From Atractiella rhizophila (lineage: Eukaryota), in NCBI GenBank assembly GCA_021432655.1, contig MU271366.1, positions 1-64,000 of the forward strand: a DNA stretch of 64,000 nt. The letters run 5' to 3'. The notes under the pieces are model-generated. The model did not search any database. It had not been told where the DNA came from and saw only the letters and a program-made list of their open reading frames with translations. Shown here in pieces: positions 49,869-61,900 of this stretch (position 1 is its first letter; the number at the start of each line of letters is the position of its first letter). A program made the position numbers and the translations under genes.

Positions 49869-50745
49869 TGTTCGGCAAACTGGTCGCCCTGAGGGTTTTG
49901 CGAACGCGGCCGGAGGCCACCAGCTCAAAATGGTTTTGCACCTCAGTTAGGCGAGGATTTGCACAAGAAACTGGTCCACCAGTTTTGGAGCAGTTTTAAC
50001 GCCGACATCGCCGACCCCAGTCGCCCCGAGGGTCTGGTGCCTCTCGCCCGATGCAAACGACGCAACAGCTACGATTTAAAAGCCAATGTCCAAGGAGCTG
50101 AGCTGCTGTTATTCCAACGAGCATCAAATCTATTTCAACAAGTTTACCCCCCATGGATGTACTTCTTGGAATCCTTTGTTTACCCATACCAACCTACCCG
50201 CATCAGTAAACTCAGCAAATGTTGAAGACAATCAAGAAGAGATTGAAGACGATCAGAACCTCGAAAACCGCCTCATTCAGATGGATTTGTTGCTGAGTCT
50301 GATGGAGGAGATGATAGCGCCTCCTTCAACTGCGGAAGAAACGCTGGATCCTTCCGTTCTAGCGACAGTTGAAGCCAATAGCTTCGCATCAGGGAAATCA
50401 TGAAGGATTGGCGAGAGTCTAAGCAAGAGGTACGTCTGCATGTTATTGGATCATGCGATTATTTCAACAGGCTTCTCGCTAGGTCCAATATCGCGCGTGG
50501 GGGAAATGGGAAATGCTGGAGCTGCTCGAACAAGGTGAGTCTTGGAAGAGTCTTAAGAGTTCATCAGCTTATCTGCCGGAACAGACAGCAGACACGTCGC
50601 TCCAGGGGTCGGCAATGTCGGCGTTAAAACTGCTCCAAAACTGGTGGACCAGTTTCGTGTGCAAATCCTCGCCTAACTGAGGCGCAAAACCATTTTGAGC
50701 TGAGCCGCTTTCGCAAAACCCTCGGGGCGACCAGTTTGCCTAACA
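49869..50745. mobile_element. Non-autonomous element with ~150-bp terminal inverted repeats and an internal gene-like fragment
   Basis: 49869-50018 is an imperfect inverted repeat of about 50605-50745 (GGCAAACTGGTCGCCC...AAACTGGTCCACCAGTTTTGGAGCAGTTTTAACGCCGACAT); no convincing TSD. Confidence 0.8.
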
Positions 50746-50760
50746 TCCTGCCTTTTTATC

Positions 50761-50966
50761 TGTTGGATTTTGCAGTCTAGTTTCGTGCCACTCAGTGGCA
50801 AAGTTCTTTAGTTTTCTGGAATGTTCTACTACTTTCTAGTTGCCACTGCTGTAAGATATATAAACACGTAGAATTCCATTTCCTGGTGCTCATGCGTTTG
50901 CAAGAGCTCAGCCAAACGTAACCAAGTCGTACTTAGCTCCGCTCCTCATCCCGTCGATTTCCAACA
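50761..50966 (+). mobile_element. Solo LTR, family B, copy 2
   Basis: TGTTG...CAACA, 206 bp, TSD TTATC on both sides. Confidence 0.92.
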
Positions 50967-52367
50967 TTATCTTCGTCCCATGGGCTAATCGAGGAGTCCG
51001 TTCGTTCAGCCGTTTACACGTGATGGACGAGACGTTGTTTGAACTTTTAATTATGTTGAGTCGAAGAGTTGATGAATTCAAAACGAGACGGAGAATAACC
51101 AAACGTTGCGCTCGGTGCATTCACTTAGTCAGCGGTCATTCACTGCACGCACGAACGCGAAGATTCTTTGGACAGGTTGCCCACTAGTAGATGGCGTTCG
51201 ATTGGAGTATATAGGGGATTGGACAGACTGGAAAGCGCTAATCAGAGCTTAACTTATTTTCGCCAAGGTTTGCTGCGGAGCCGACGGTTTCGCCCGATCA
51301 GTCCGGCCATAACATGGAAAAATCCGTAAGCCCGACATGTCGGTCGGAATCTCGTTGTACACGCGTGTTCCTCGACGCTTGCGTCGTTTCATCTTCTCGC
51401 AGACCGCCATCCATCCTCTCTCAACTATTGCAGAAAGTCTCCCTCTCTGTGTAATTCAATGTTTTTCACCCCATATTACTGCGCAAAGCTCTTCCTGCAG
51501 GCACACCAAATCATAGAGCCTATGACTTCAACGGAACAGGTTCCAAGGGGAGCGGATTCGGAGGAGGACAGGAGGGCAGATCAGCCAGGATCAGCATCAT
51601 TTCCTGCATGTTACGGTGTGTATATGCTACTTCTCTTGAATGGAAGGGTGTGTGAGCAGGGGAAGCCAGTTTGAGTTGCAACTCCCCGTCTTCTAGCTGC
51701 CTGGCATGCGCACCTGGACTCTTCTGTCTCCTTGCTAGATCGTGTGATGTCGTGTCTCTGTGGTATAAAGACTCCTCTTTGCCACTTTATTCCACTTCCC
51801 TATCTGTCTACTTCACCCACTCCTTTCTCCCCTCTCAAAAGCATTACAGAATACCTATGCCCATCACTTCTAATTGTCAACCTCTTCGAGTGATCAAGAT
51901 AGGCAGGGTTATGGTAAAAATGGTATGTCTTTTCTCTTGCTGCTATAAGCTCATTCTGATTGCAAAGGAACTAGCTGCCGCAGCTTTGTCAGACAACGTC
52001 AACTTCTGGCCCGTGTCTGGTACGAGGGTACGTGCCTCCTCTCCTGCTAGCTCTTCTTCGTGATTGAAAGTCTTCGTTACTGATCATTGATGCATAGGCT
52101 CAATCCTCCTACGCGGATTCTGAGGTTGCCCTTTCCATTTTTCGAAGAGATCTTGAATCACACCACCATCAACATCAACAAGTTGCTTCCGACCGATCCT
52201 TTGCCCAGTCCCTTCAAGATTACTTTGATCAAGAATCGAAGAACTCCGAAAGCGCCTCGTTGACCACCTCCGGCTGTCCCCAACCATCCATCACAACTCC
52301 TCGCATTCCTCCTAGCGACATTGAGAACTTGTGACAACGGCTCTTCGAACCCGACTTCCTCCCCGAT

Positions 52368-55300
52368 GTGCAGGACATCTTGAATGCACAGGAGTACTGC
52401 CTTGAAGAATGGCAGGCCTATCTGGATTCGCTGATCATGGCCCAACCACTTTCTTGCCCTCCCGCTTCCGTTGAGCACACGTTGCAACCTCAGGCTCTCT
52501 TTCCGATGACGCACATGCGCACATTTTGTCGTCCATTCCCTCCTCCCCTCCAATGACCACTCCTCCTTCTTTCACTTCTTTCACTAATATTGTTGCTCAT
52601 CCCTATCCCCTGTTTGTCTCGTCTGTTTCTGATCATCCCATTTTTTATTCTCATCCATCAAAAGGACTTTTGTATATTACTCGGGAGCGACAGGCATCCT
52701 CGATACAGTTTCATGGCGATGTACTGCAAGAATATCCATCATCTGCTCCAGATGAGCATGGTGTATGGCATATATTTGATTTCCGTGATTTTGCATTATC
52801 TTTTGAAGCGGCAAAGCAGCGGGTTTTCAGTTCTGTTCAATATTCATTCGTCTTTCCAAAAGGGCAAAGCTCGAAGAGGCTTTAGTTTTTCCACTGTGAA
52901 GGTCTTCAATCTGGATGCCTCAACCGCTGATACTGCCAAGACACCTATTCCTTGTCGGCATGATGAAGCAGTTTGCCAAAGTGGGCTCGTTTGCCCATTT
53001 CTCGACTATTCTCTACACATGCCTCATACCAAAGCGGATCCAGAAGCCATACAGACTGTTCGGATCTCACAGCTGATACAACAGGGCAATGACAGGAGTG
53101 ATCCGGTTGTGATTACGTTAACGCAGGTCTCTCTCTTATTCGTAATTCTGAGGTGCTTATCCATCTTGCTTGTGTACAGGAGCTACTTATCATTTGTTCA
53201 AATGGTGTTCCTCACATAGATGAGAATGGACGATGCTGTGACGGTGAGCTTGTGGTGCGAACAGTGCGTGTATATGCTGCTTGTCACTTTCAAAGACAAG
53301 GCTAATCTGACTACTAGGCCGCCAAATCGTCTAAAAGGTTCTTAGGCTGTTCGAGCTGGCGTCACGGTGAAGAACATCGTTATCAAGCTATCCCCCACGA
53401 CGTGGATAACGACCTCTTTCTTCACCTCGTTGCCAAGAACGGCGAGCTACCGCCAAACATCTTGATGGGTCTAGCAGCATTGAGCGGCTCCTGCTCGACA
53501 CTTGTTAATTCGCGTAGTGGCTTGAAGTGGTGCCGTAGGTCTTCTTCAGTGTGGTTAACGTGCGCTGACTGCAGTTTGAATGGCAGCCTTTCCCCACATT
53601 GTTGACACAAAGGTTGTTCAGGTCGAGCTACAACGAAATGCCTGCGATGTAACAATCCGTCGATTCTTTCCAAGCGACGGGAGGACTAAGCTATTCGCTT
53701 ATCTCCTCAAAGGAATTCACAATCATCCGCCTCCTGCCCCTTCAAAGATTACACCTGGGGCTCGAGAACAGGTGGAGAAGCTAGTTCGTGCACGAGGGGT
53801 TGCTGGTGCAACCGTTTCCAATCTGAAGCGAGGTTTGTGTGCATTGTATCGTCATTGTTACGCTAACTAACACTTTGTGTAGCAGCAATAACGAAGCAAG
53901 CCCTTGGCCATCGCACAATGGCTGAAGCCATTCACCCATCGCTGAATAACAACGCAACACTTGCCAGGATCATCCGTGATCTGAGAAAAGCGGAGTATCC
54001 TATGGGAGAGGGCATTGAGGGTGCGCTTGCCACATTCACAATTGTGTACTTGAATACTAATAGGAAAACATCAGGCATTCGTCTCATTTGGCATCAACAA
54101 AGGCGGCTACCTTCCGAACAGCGTTATGTGCAAGATGTGCAGGACTTCGTATTGGAGGGAGGACGCACGCAGACTGTTGTCACCTGTTTTTATCAGGACG
54201 CCGCTTCCGCCCTTCTCTCGGCTCGCTATGTTGTATTGGATCGGTCTTTCAAAGGTGTTGAGGGTGGACAATGGCAGGAGCTTTCTGGGGGCACACTCAT
54301 GCAACAGTTCCAACGCTGTTCGTTCTTCAAATACATCCCCGCTCCACTTGTCCGATGGCTGATTCTGCAAATAGTTCTGTGTGCCTTTCGCATCTTTAGC
54401 AATGCCTGGACTCGTCAAGCTTTCTACAACATCTTTTCAACTCTTTGGAAGCTGCTACAAATGGCCACTGGACAGAAGGCTCGGTTCTTCTTCGACTCCT
54501 TCGGCATCCTTCTCTTTCTACTTGATGCCGAGGCAGCCCAATTGGTGGGTCTGGCGGACTCTTTAGTTGAACTTGCACCACCAATGGAGCGTGCTCCGGA
54601 GTGGTTGCAGCCTCTGTATCCGCTATCAGCTGAGATACTCATTGACATTGTTGGATTTTTCAAGTTGTGCACTGTGCATGCAAACCGGTGAGGACTTTCT
54701 GTTGCTGCTGTCACCTTACTGACTTGTTTTAGAGGAATTACAGAAGTTGCCAGATTTCTGCCAGAAGTAGAGGCAACGGAATTCATTGGACGTGCAAAAG
54801 GATTCCGCCAGCTGTCAGATTACCGTGACCGGGAGGACTTCATGCAATGGTGCCGTGTCCACCATCATGTAAAGGTTCAACGTTTGTCTTCCCCTTACGT
54901 CTTCCCCTTTACTATACCAATGTTTCCATAGAGTGGCAGCAAGACAAGGACAGATTCCCATGGAAAGAATTAGGTTACAACAGATTCGCATCCAATGTGC
55001 CTCTCGACCACTGGATGACAACTCCAAATCATATGAATGAAATTGAAAGCTCTCATCATCGCACATATCACCTGTGTGGTACGGGCCTGAGCTTTATTCA
55101 TGCTGTCATCAGGTAAGCACTTCTTTCTCCGTAGCTTATCCTTGCACTTTTGACCCGTTTCTTCAAATACTAGCCGTGCTGAAGTCGATAGGGAGCTCCT
55201 TCAGGAATTCATGTTGGACTCACTTTGTGGAGTGGCTTCTCGTCCCTCAAACACTCACCTTCAAGCTGCTATTCGCAACAATCACCGAACCGACTCTCGC

Positions 55301-55561
55301 AACTACAGAGCTCAAGCTGTTGCAGAGAAGAGGAAGGCAGCGCAATTGGAGGATCGCCTGGAGGTATTGGAACAGGACCGCGCTTCCCTTCAACAGCTTC
55401 TGATAACGAATGGAATCGATATCCCCCTCCCTCACTCTGTCCCACTCTCTACAAATACATCTTCCTCTAGCTCTCGCATCAAGAAGTCACAAACGTGCAG
55501 CAAATGTGGTGGGGTTGGACACAATAAGAACAACCGTTCTTGTCCTCGTTACGGTCTTTAA
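52368..55561 (+). mobile_element. Mutator/MULE-like DDE transposase gene, multi-exon, partly disrupted
   Basis: Cys-rich N-part, GIHNHPPP, VLDRSFK (D), LLDAEAAQ (D), LCTVH (CxxH), NEIESSH (E), C-terminal knuckle CSKCGGVGHNKNNRSC. TIRs not found. Confidence 0.78.
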
Positions 55562-57161
55562 CAACTCCGCTCTCTCTTTGAACAATTCCTTCCACTCGTA
55601 GTTCCTTCCCTCATTGCTACCTTCCGTCAAGTTGGTCCTTGCTTCTTTCCTTTCCGTCTTTGCGTTGCTTCGACATACATTACTTCATAATCACATAGAC
55701 CACGTGAATCATAATGCACTCAACAAGTACTTGATTGTGAGCCCTTTCTTGTCCTTTCGGAAAGCACATGAGCATCTGGCGGAAGCGAGCTTTATCGGAA
55801 GGGCAGGAAATGTTTCAGCTTCCCCTGCTTCCTCACTCCCGCAGGTAAGCCGAGTTTTGGATCTGTCCAGTCTGCCCGCACCACGAGAAAACATTAACCT
55901 CTCGTACAAGAAAATAACCTTTCGGACGAGAAAATAACCCTCATACGAAAGTAGGGGTTAACTATTATGAAGTGACTTCACAATTCGCAACAGATTGGCT
56001 GCGTAATTTATGCATCATCGCAACATCCCCAGCGAAGGCTAATGCAACTTTGAGCTCATTTGAAGCTCTTGTGATTGACATATGCGAATTGTAAACACGC
56101 ATGCCTGCTACATGAGTCGGCACCATCTGCTTCCGTAATTCCTTCCTTATTTCTGTTTTTCTAGGATTGGTATTATCAGCAGAACTCGAGAATATATGGC
56201 TCTTCCATCGGATCCCTGAGAAATCTCCATGAAGAGCCTGTGACTGAAGAGACCAATCAGTCGTCTACCCATTCGCAAGCCAGGTCTGCCTCGACGTCCC
56301 CCTTTGCTAATTGTCGAATGGATCCATCTGCAACTCGCAACAGTACTACCTGCCAGACCAAGTGTCAAGAAGAAGAAGCATGATGTTTCCTTACCGTCTG
56401 GCATCCGTGTTGGAGTAGGTTAAGATGGTCTTCGCCCTCCCCTCATGAAGTCACTCCCCAAAGTTAAGCCTTTCTGAATCCTTCTCTTTCCCTTCAAATT
56501 TTGGACTTTTTCACCGCTTTCCTTTCTTCCTTTAAGTCTGCACTTTCTATCTCCCACAGTGACTTTCTTGTATTCATTGTACTTCTACTTATTTTATTCC
56601 CTTTTACAGAACACGCATCTAACATTCTTTTACAATAGCCGCAATCAAGTATCGCGTCAAAGCCTTCCCTTCAAGGGAGCTTTGTCTCTCACCCAGCCAT
56701 CTTAGACGTCATGCAAAACCCAGGAGAACACTACACCTTGCGAGGGACCGTGAGATCGAAGAAGATTAGGAGGGAAAAGTCACTAGAGGAGGAGGAGGTT
56801 GATGGAAGAGGTCGTTGAAGGGAGAAAAGGAGGTGAAGGTGATAGGTTCTGTGTCGCGGTTCCTTGTTCATACCTATCAGCTTCATGGCCTTCTGGTCGG
56901 AAAAAGCTCGTTAATATAAAAAAAAGCCCACAGAAGACACTATCACGAGATTAACGAACTTATCGCAATGATTTCAAATATTCTCTCTCAGACCGTCTCA
57001 TCAGCGTCGCGAGGAGACAACCGAAGTCACGTTATGGCGAGGGATGACTCCATCAGCTTCATTCCAGTATTATCTACTTCCGAGTGAGAGATCATTTTCT
57101 TCATCCTCTGATTAAGCTTGCTCACAATTAGTGTAGTGACTTATGGAGCGCGGATTCCGTA

Positions 57162-57580
57162 ATGGAGAGCTTCGCTTCACCTCTCACAGCGGCTTCCATT
57201 GATTTGTCGCGCGTGTACGCCTCAGGCTACTCTCTCGGGGGCTCTGGGGCCTGGGATTTGATCCTGTCCTATCCTGCCAACTTCTCTGTGGCACTCATCA
57301 GCTCTGGGGAACCCATCGGCGTTTCAGATAAAGATGATAAGGCCGTAGCTACAGCTAGACTTCCTGTTTGGGGATTCGCTGGGACTGAAGATAAGGGAAC
57401 GTTCGAATCTGACGTGAGGAACGCCATGGACTCTTTGAATGCCCAAGGTGGGAACGGAACTTTCACTCTCATCGAAGGAGCGGATCATTACGTCGAATCG
57501 TTCGCGCCTTGGGAGTATGACAATGGAGCCGGATTCGACTTCGTCCTCGCTAATTCGAAAATGGCTCAACCTCTCCTGGT
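57162..57580 (+). CDS. Alpha/beta-hydrolase (esterase/peptidase-like) C-terminal half; possibly a gene fragment
   Basis: IDLSRVYASGYSLGGSGAW (GxSxG), PVWGFAGTED (Asp), GADH (His). Confidence 0.75.
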
Positions 57581-58477
57581 AAGTGTTCTCTCACGATGCG
57601 ACGTTTCATGGAGAAGCCTTGTAATCGGTATCGTTACTACTTCCCCTTCCAGTCTCGAGGATCTCGACCCTGATGCTAATCCTCACATCTGTCTCCAGCA
57701 GTTGCTCCTGTTCCCCGACGGTATTCCCAGCGAGCATTACTGTGACGCTTTGATCACATTGATTTCGTTCGTTTTGGCTTGTTTTAGGACTTTGATCTCA
57801 AACCCATACTACCCAAACAGTACAAAATCATCAAATTCGAAAAAAGAAATTGACATATTTGTACCTGTGAAGAATTAGGGAGAATTACTTTCGTTAACGG
57901 CGCATTGCTTTGTGTAGCTGCTAGGCTTTATATTTTGAAAGAAAACACGACAATCATTCTTTCCTGTTGTACCATCTTGCGATCTCAGCAATGCTCTCGC
58001 TTCAGAATTGTAGAATAGTCCAACAGTTGATGAAATATAGTGTACGAAGGGTATAAACCGAAACGCTCCATTATGCAATCGCAGAAGGACCTAGTTCTCA
58101 AAATCTTGTTGCTAACACCCATGTTCAAAATGCTGATAGGCGCCGTAACCACAGGCATATCATGGACGCGACGTGGATCTTTTCATTCCCGTGACATGCG
58201 GGACACACGAATATTCGAACGCGCATGAACACGTATCCCATATTTTTAACATGGCACGCTGGCACATCACTATGGGGATTGATGGCAATATCAACATTCC
58301 TAACTGCTCTCAGCCCGCCCCAAGCCAAGGCTGTTGAGGCATGGACGGAGCCGAAAGATCGCATTCTTTTGGGTGAGAGAAAGATACTGAACGACCGCCT
58401 CCCTCCCCTGTCAACTCGGCTCGTCATCAGCACCTTACCTGAAAGCTCCTCGCCATGGCACCCCCATAGAGATCACC

Positions 58478-59560
58478 GACCTGAAGGGCAAGTCGCTAAT
58501 TCAGCGTTCTTATCGAGAAGACGTTCCCTCTTCCGCCATCGAGCGATTTGTTCCACTGCTTTCGGAAATGGAAGAAGAGAATCAATTCGTTACGCCTTGT
58601 TTACGAGTGAAGGAATCAATTACATGTATATTAGGCATAACAATCTTCACCGTGAGTCTTGCCTTTTCTCCAGAAGACGGATTGAGTACAATGGGAATGA
58701 AATGCTGAATCGTCGTGGGTCATCATGCCACGTACTGAACCCTACCACTTACAAATTTCTGAACCACAGTCCTTGCAATCTCTAAATTTAACTCGAATGC
58801 TGCTTGAGGTCCTCGCCTTCCTTCATACATTAGCCAGCATCAGTCACCTTCTCCTGTGCCTTCGCTGTGCTGACGGCCACTCCTGGTGTAGGTCCTCACC
58901 GAGTATTTCAAAGAACTTGAGGTCGAAGCAGTTGGAGATAACTTCGTGATCATCTATGAGGTAAGTCAATTCGGTTCCCGTTTTTGCGAAATTTTGAACA
59001 TCCATGCTCAGCTACTAGACGTGATGATGGATTTCGGCTATCCTCAAACCATTGAGTCCAAATCCTGCAAGAATACATCACGCAGGAATCGCACAAGCTC
59101 GAGATCCAACAAGTTCCGGTGCCGGTTAGCGTGACGAGTGCTGTGTCATGGAGCAGTGAAGGCGCTCGGTATCGGATGAACGAGGTGTTCTTGGATGTCA
59201 TCGAAAGAGTCAACCTCTTGGTGCGTACCACATCTCTCTCTAAGAGGCCACTATGTTGGGCGTTGATTTGGTCTCGTTGAATAGGTGAATATGGCGGGAA
59301 ATATGGTTCGTTCAAGATGAAGTGCTACCTATCGGGTATGTCGGAGCTACGACTAGGATTGAACGATAATGTGATGTTCGAAAGTACTTGGCGGAGTGCG
59401 TTCTCAGTGCTTTAATTCTTCATCCATACGCTGATAAGTACTGTTCGGTAGCATCTCGAGGCAAAGCCATTGAGATGGAGGACGTCAAGTTCCATCAATG
59501 TGTTCGTTTGGCACGTTTCGAAAATGACCAGACGAACTCTTTCATCCCCCCAGATGGAGA
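58478..59560 (+). pseudogene. APM1: AP-1 adaptor medium (mu1) subunit pseudogene, N-terminal 60%, introns retained
   Basis: DLKGKSLIQRSYREDVP; TSEGINYMYIRHNNL; LTEYFKELE...DNFVIIYE; MMDFGYPQT; NEVFLDVIE; KMKCYLSGM.ELRLGLND; EMEDVKFHQCVRLARFEND..SFIPPDG. Frameshifts, an internal deletion, no start codon. Confidence 0.92.
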
Positions 59561-61900
59561 TACCACCTTTACCGGGGCACTTTTTCCATAACCTCCTCTT
59601 CCGACCTTCCGTCTTCGTAACTACCTACGCTTACTTTCTAATATGGTTCTTTTCCCCCAATATTGCTCATAAGTTTCCAGGAAAACGCCTTCCTGTACAA
59701 GACGAGTTCGACTTGACAAGAAGCAGAGAACCACGTCTCACTTAACTTAACTGTAGTCTTGTAGTTCGAGTCATTGGTAACCGAAGACAACGGGATTTCT
59801 TATCAGAACTGACTTTTTGTTGGTGGCTTGGACAGGAGTTACACTTGACTTGCGCTTGACGCAGTCGTTCTTCCTATGCGTTGTCCCGAAAAATGAGAAG
59901 AGGAAACCCAGAGTGACTTACAGTCTAGGTCTAGATGAGCGGAACGCCGGTTCCTTCCTAACTCGAAAGTCGAACAGTTCGGGTTGAACCATGTTCCCCA
60001 AGTCCAAAACCCAATATTGACTCACGGATGTTCATTAGAACGGTAGTGTTGTGCAAGCACACTAACCTCTAAGCAATACTTATTATTATTATAGTATACG
60101 AAGCCCAGGGAAAGCGTCCGTTCTCGTGGTCAGTCCTTAATACCTCATAGTACAACAAACGGAGTACGATAAACGTCTTCTTGTTTTGTACGTGTAAGGT
60201 GTTCTTAGGGTTTGGTTACCGAGTTTTACAAAGGTGCTGACGGCGGACGAGAGCTGAGACCAAGCAGGATTCGCTTATTAGTAGCGGCCCGACAAATAAA
60301 CGTGTTTGGGTAGCCTAAACGTTCCATTAGCTCTCTCCTACCACTTCCTTTTTATGCCTGGACCCCACTACATAGATTGGGTGCCGTCGCGAACTATAGG
60401 CGAGAAGAGCTGCTAAAACTCCATAGCTTGAACCTAGGGCCTATGTCACTTTATACCTTAGAGTTTGAACTGTGACTAACCTCGTGCCAAGAGATTCAGA
60501 AGACAACAGGGTTTCTTTTCGTTTGTAGTCCACTACGATCACGTAATTTGCAATGCTGCTTGGAGGAAACTGTCTACCTTCGGGCTTTACACGTGCGTAC
60601 TCCTTAAGGAACAAAGGAGGGTTGACGAACTAGGAGGTATGTTTCGGCTGAAAAGTCCATTCATAACATGGCAAGGATGCCGACGGACCTAGCTACGGTT
60701 GTGAATCGGTCCCTCTTCTACTCCACTTCGCCTTGTATGCGCCTTAGCACCGCACAGACGTAGTAGCCCATGCCCTTACATGTGAAGTTGCAATAAACGG
60801 TAGCTAGCAACAAACTTGACACGAGACTGGACAACATTGTAATTAGTCGATTGTGCCGGTGTTTCGGACGTTGCATTGTGCGCTTTCTCCTTTCCGATTG
60901 GAACTGTTATATAAGATGGGAACTAGGGACGATCGGAGACGGGTCTACTCTCCGAACTGAACACATAAGTCTACCATCGAGTACTCGAGCCTGNNNNNNN
61001 NNNNNNNNNNNNNNNNNNNNNNNNNNNNNNNNNNNNNNNNNNNNNNNNNNNNNNNNNNNNNNNNNNNNNNNNNNNNNNNNNNNNNNNNNNNNNNNNNNNN
61101 NNNNNNNNNNNNNNNNNNNNNNNNNNNNNNNNNNNNNNNNNNNNNNNNNNNNNNNNNNNNNNNNNNNNNNNNNNNNNNNNNNNNNNNNNNNNNNNNNNNN
61201 NNNNNNNNNNNNNNNNNNNNNNNNNNNNNNNNNNNNNNNNNNNNNNNNNNNNNNNNNNNNNNNNNNNNNNNNNNNNNNNNNNNNNNNNNNNNNNNNNNNN
61301 NNNNNNNNNNNNNNNNNNNNNNNNNNNNNNNNNNNNNNNNNNNNNNNNNNNNNNNNNNNNNNNNNNNNNNNNNNNNNNNNNNNNNNNNNAACTACAATAC
61401 TTACTAAGGGCCTTGACCGCTTGCTTGGAAGAAAAGATATTGAAGCTCAATAAATTTATCCTCGGGAGTAGTAGCAGACAGCTTCCGCTCAGTGTCATAT
61501 CTACAAACATTACAAAGGTTGCTGGCGCCATACCGACGAGCTTACTTGTCTGCCAGATAAGTAATGATAGCACATGACTCCCAGATCGTAAAGTCGTTGT
61601 TTTTGTGATCTATCAGCGTCGGTACGCGTCCGTTTGGATTTAGTTTCGTGTGTTCCGGCCCTTTGTGCTCCCCTGAGTCTGCAATTGTAGCCAGAACTAG
61701 ACGACACAGAGAGGACGCAAACCCTTCGTGAAGTCCATATATATATGCTGGTAATCAAGTCCCAAGCATTCCAGGACGATTGCGACTTTCCAGGGCTAGA
61801 AAACGCCATGCTATGTCAGTTGTACGTGTCAAGAGGACCCAAAGACCATACATTTGGTCCAGCATCGTGAGAATAGAGCGTAAAGTCAACCATTTGGATC
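59561..61900. other. Segment that appears complemented without reversal (mirror sequence), flanking the gap; right limit approximate
   Basis: TA/AC/GT-rich as written. The base-wise complement read left to right shows GT-AG introns at 60658-60707 (GTAAGT..TTAG), 61736-61790 (GTATAT..GCTAAC..AAG) and 61847-61887 (GTATGT..TTTCAG). Confidence 0.75.
60994..61389. other. Assembly gap (396 N)
   Basis: Run of N. Confidence 1.

Noticed and set aside
24297..50966. 206-bp inverted repeats 26 kb apart as TIRs of a giant cargo transposon
   Set aside because: Each copy has TGTTG...CAACA ends and its own different 5-bp TSD (GCCCT, TTATC), so they are independent solo LTRs.
60851..61573. 200-aa ORFs spanning the gap
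   Set aside because: Artefacts of translating N.
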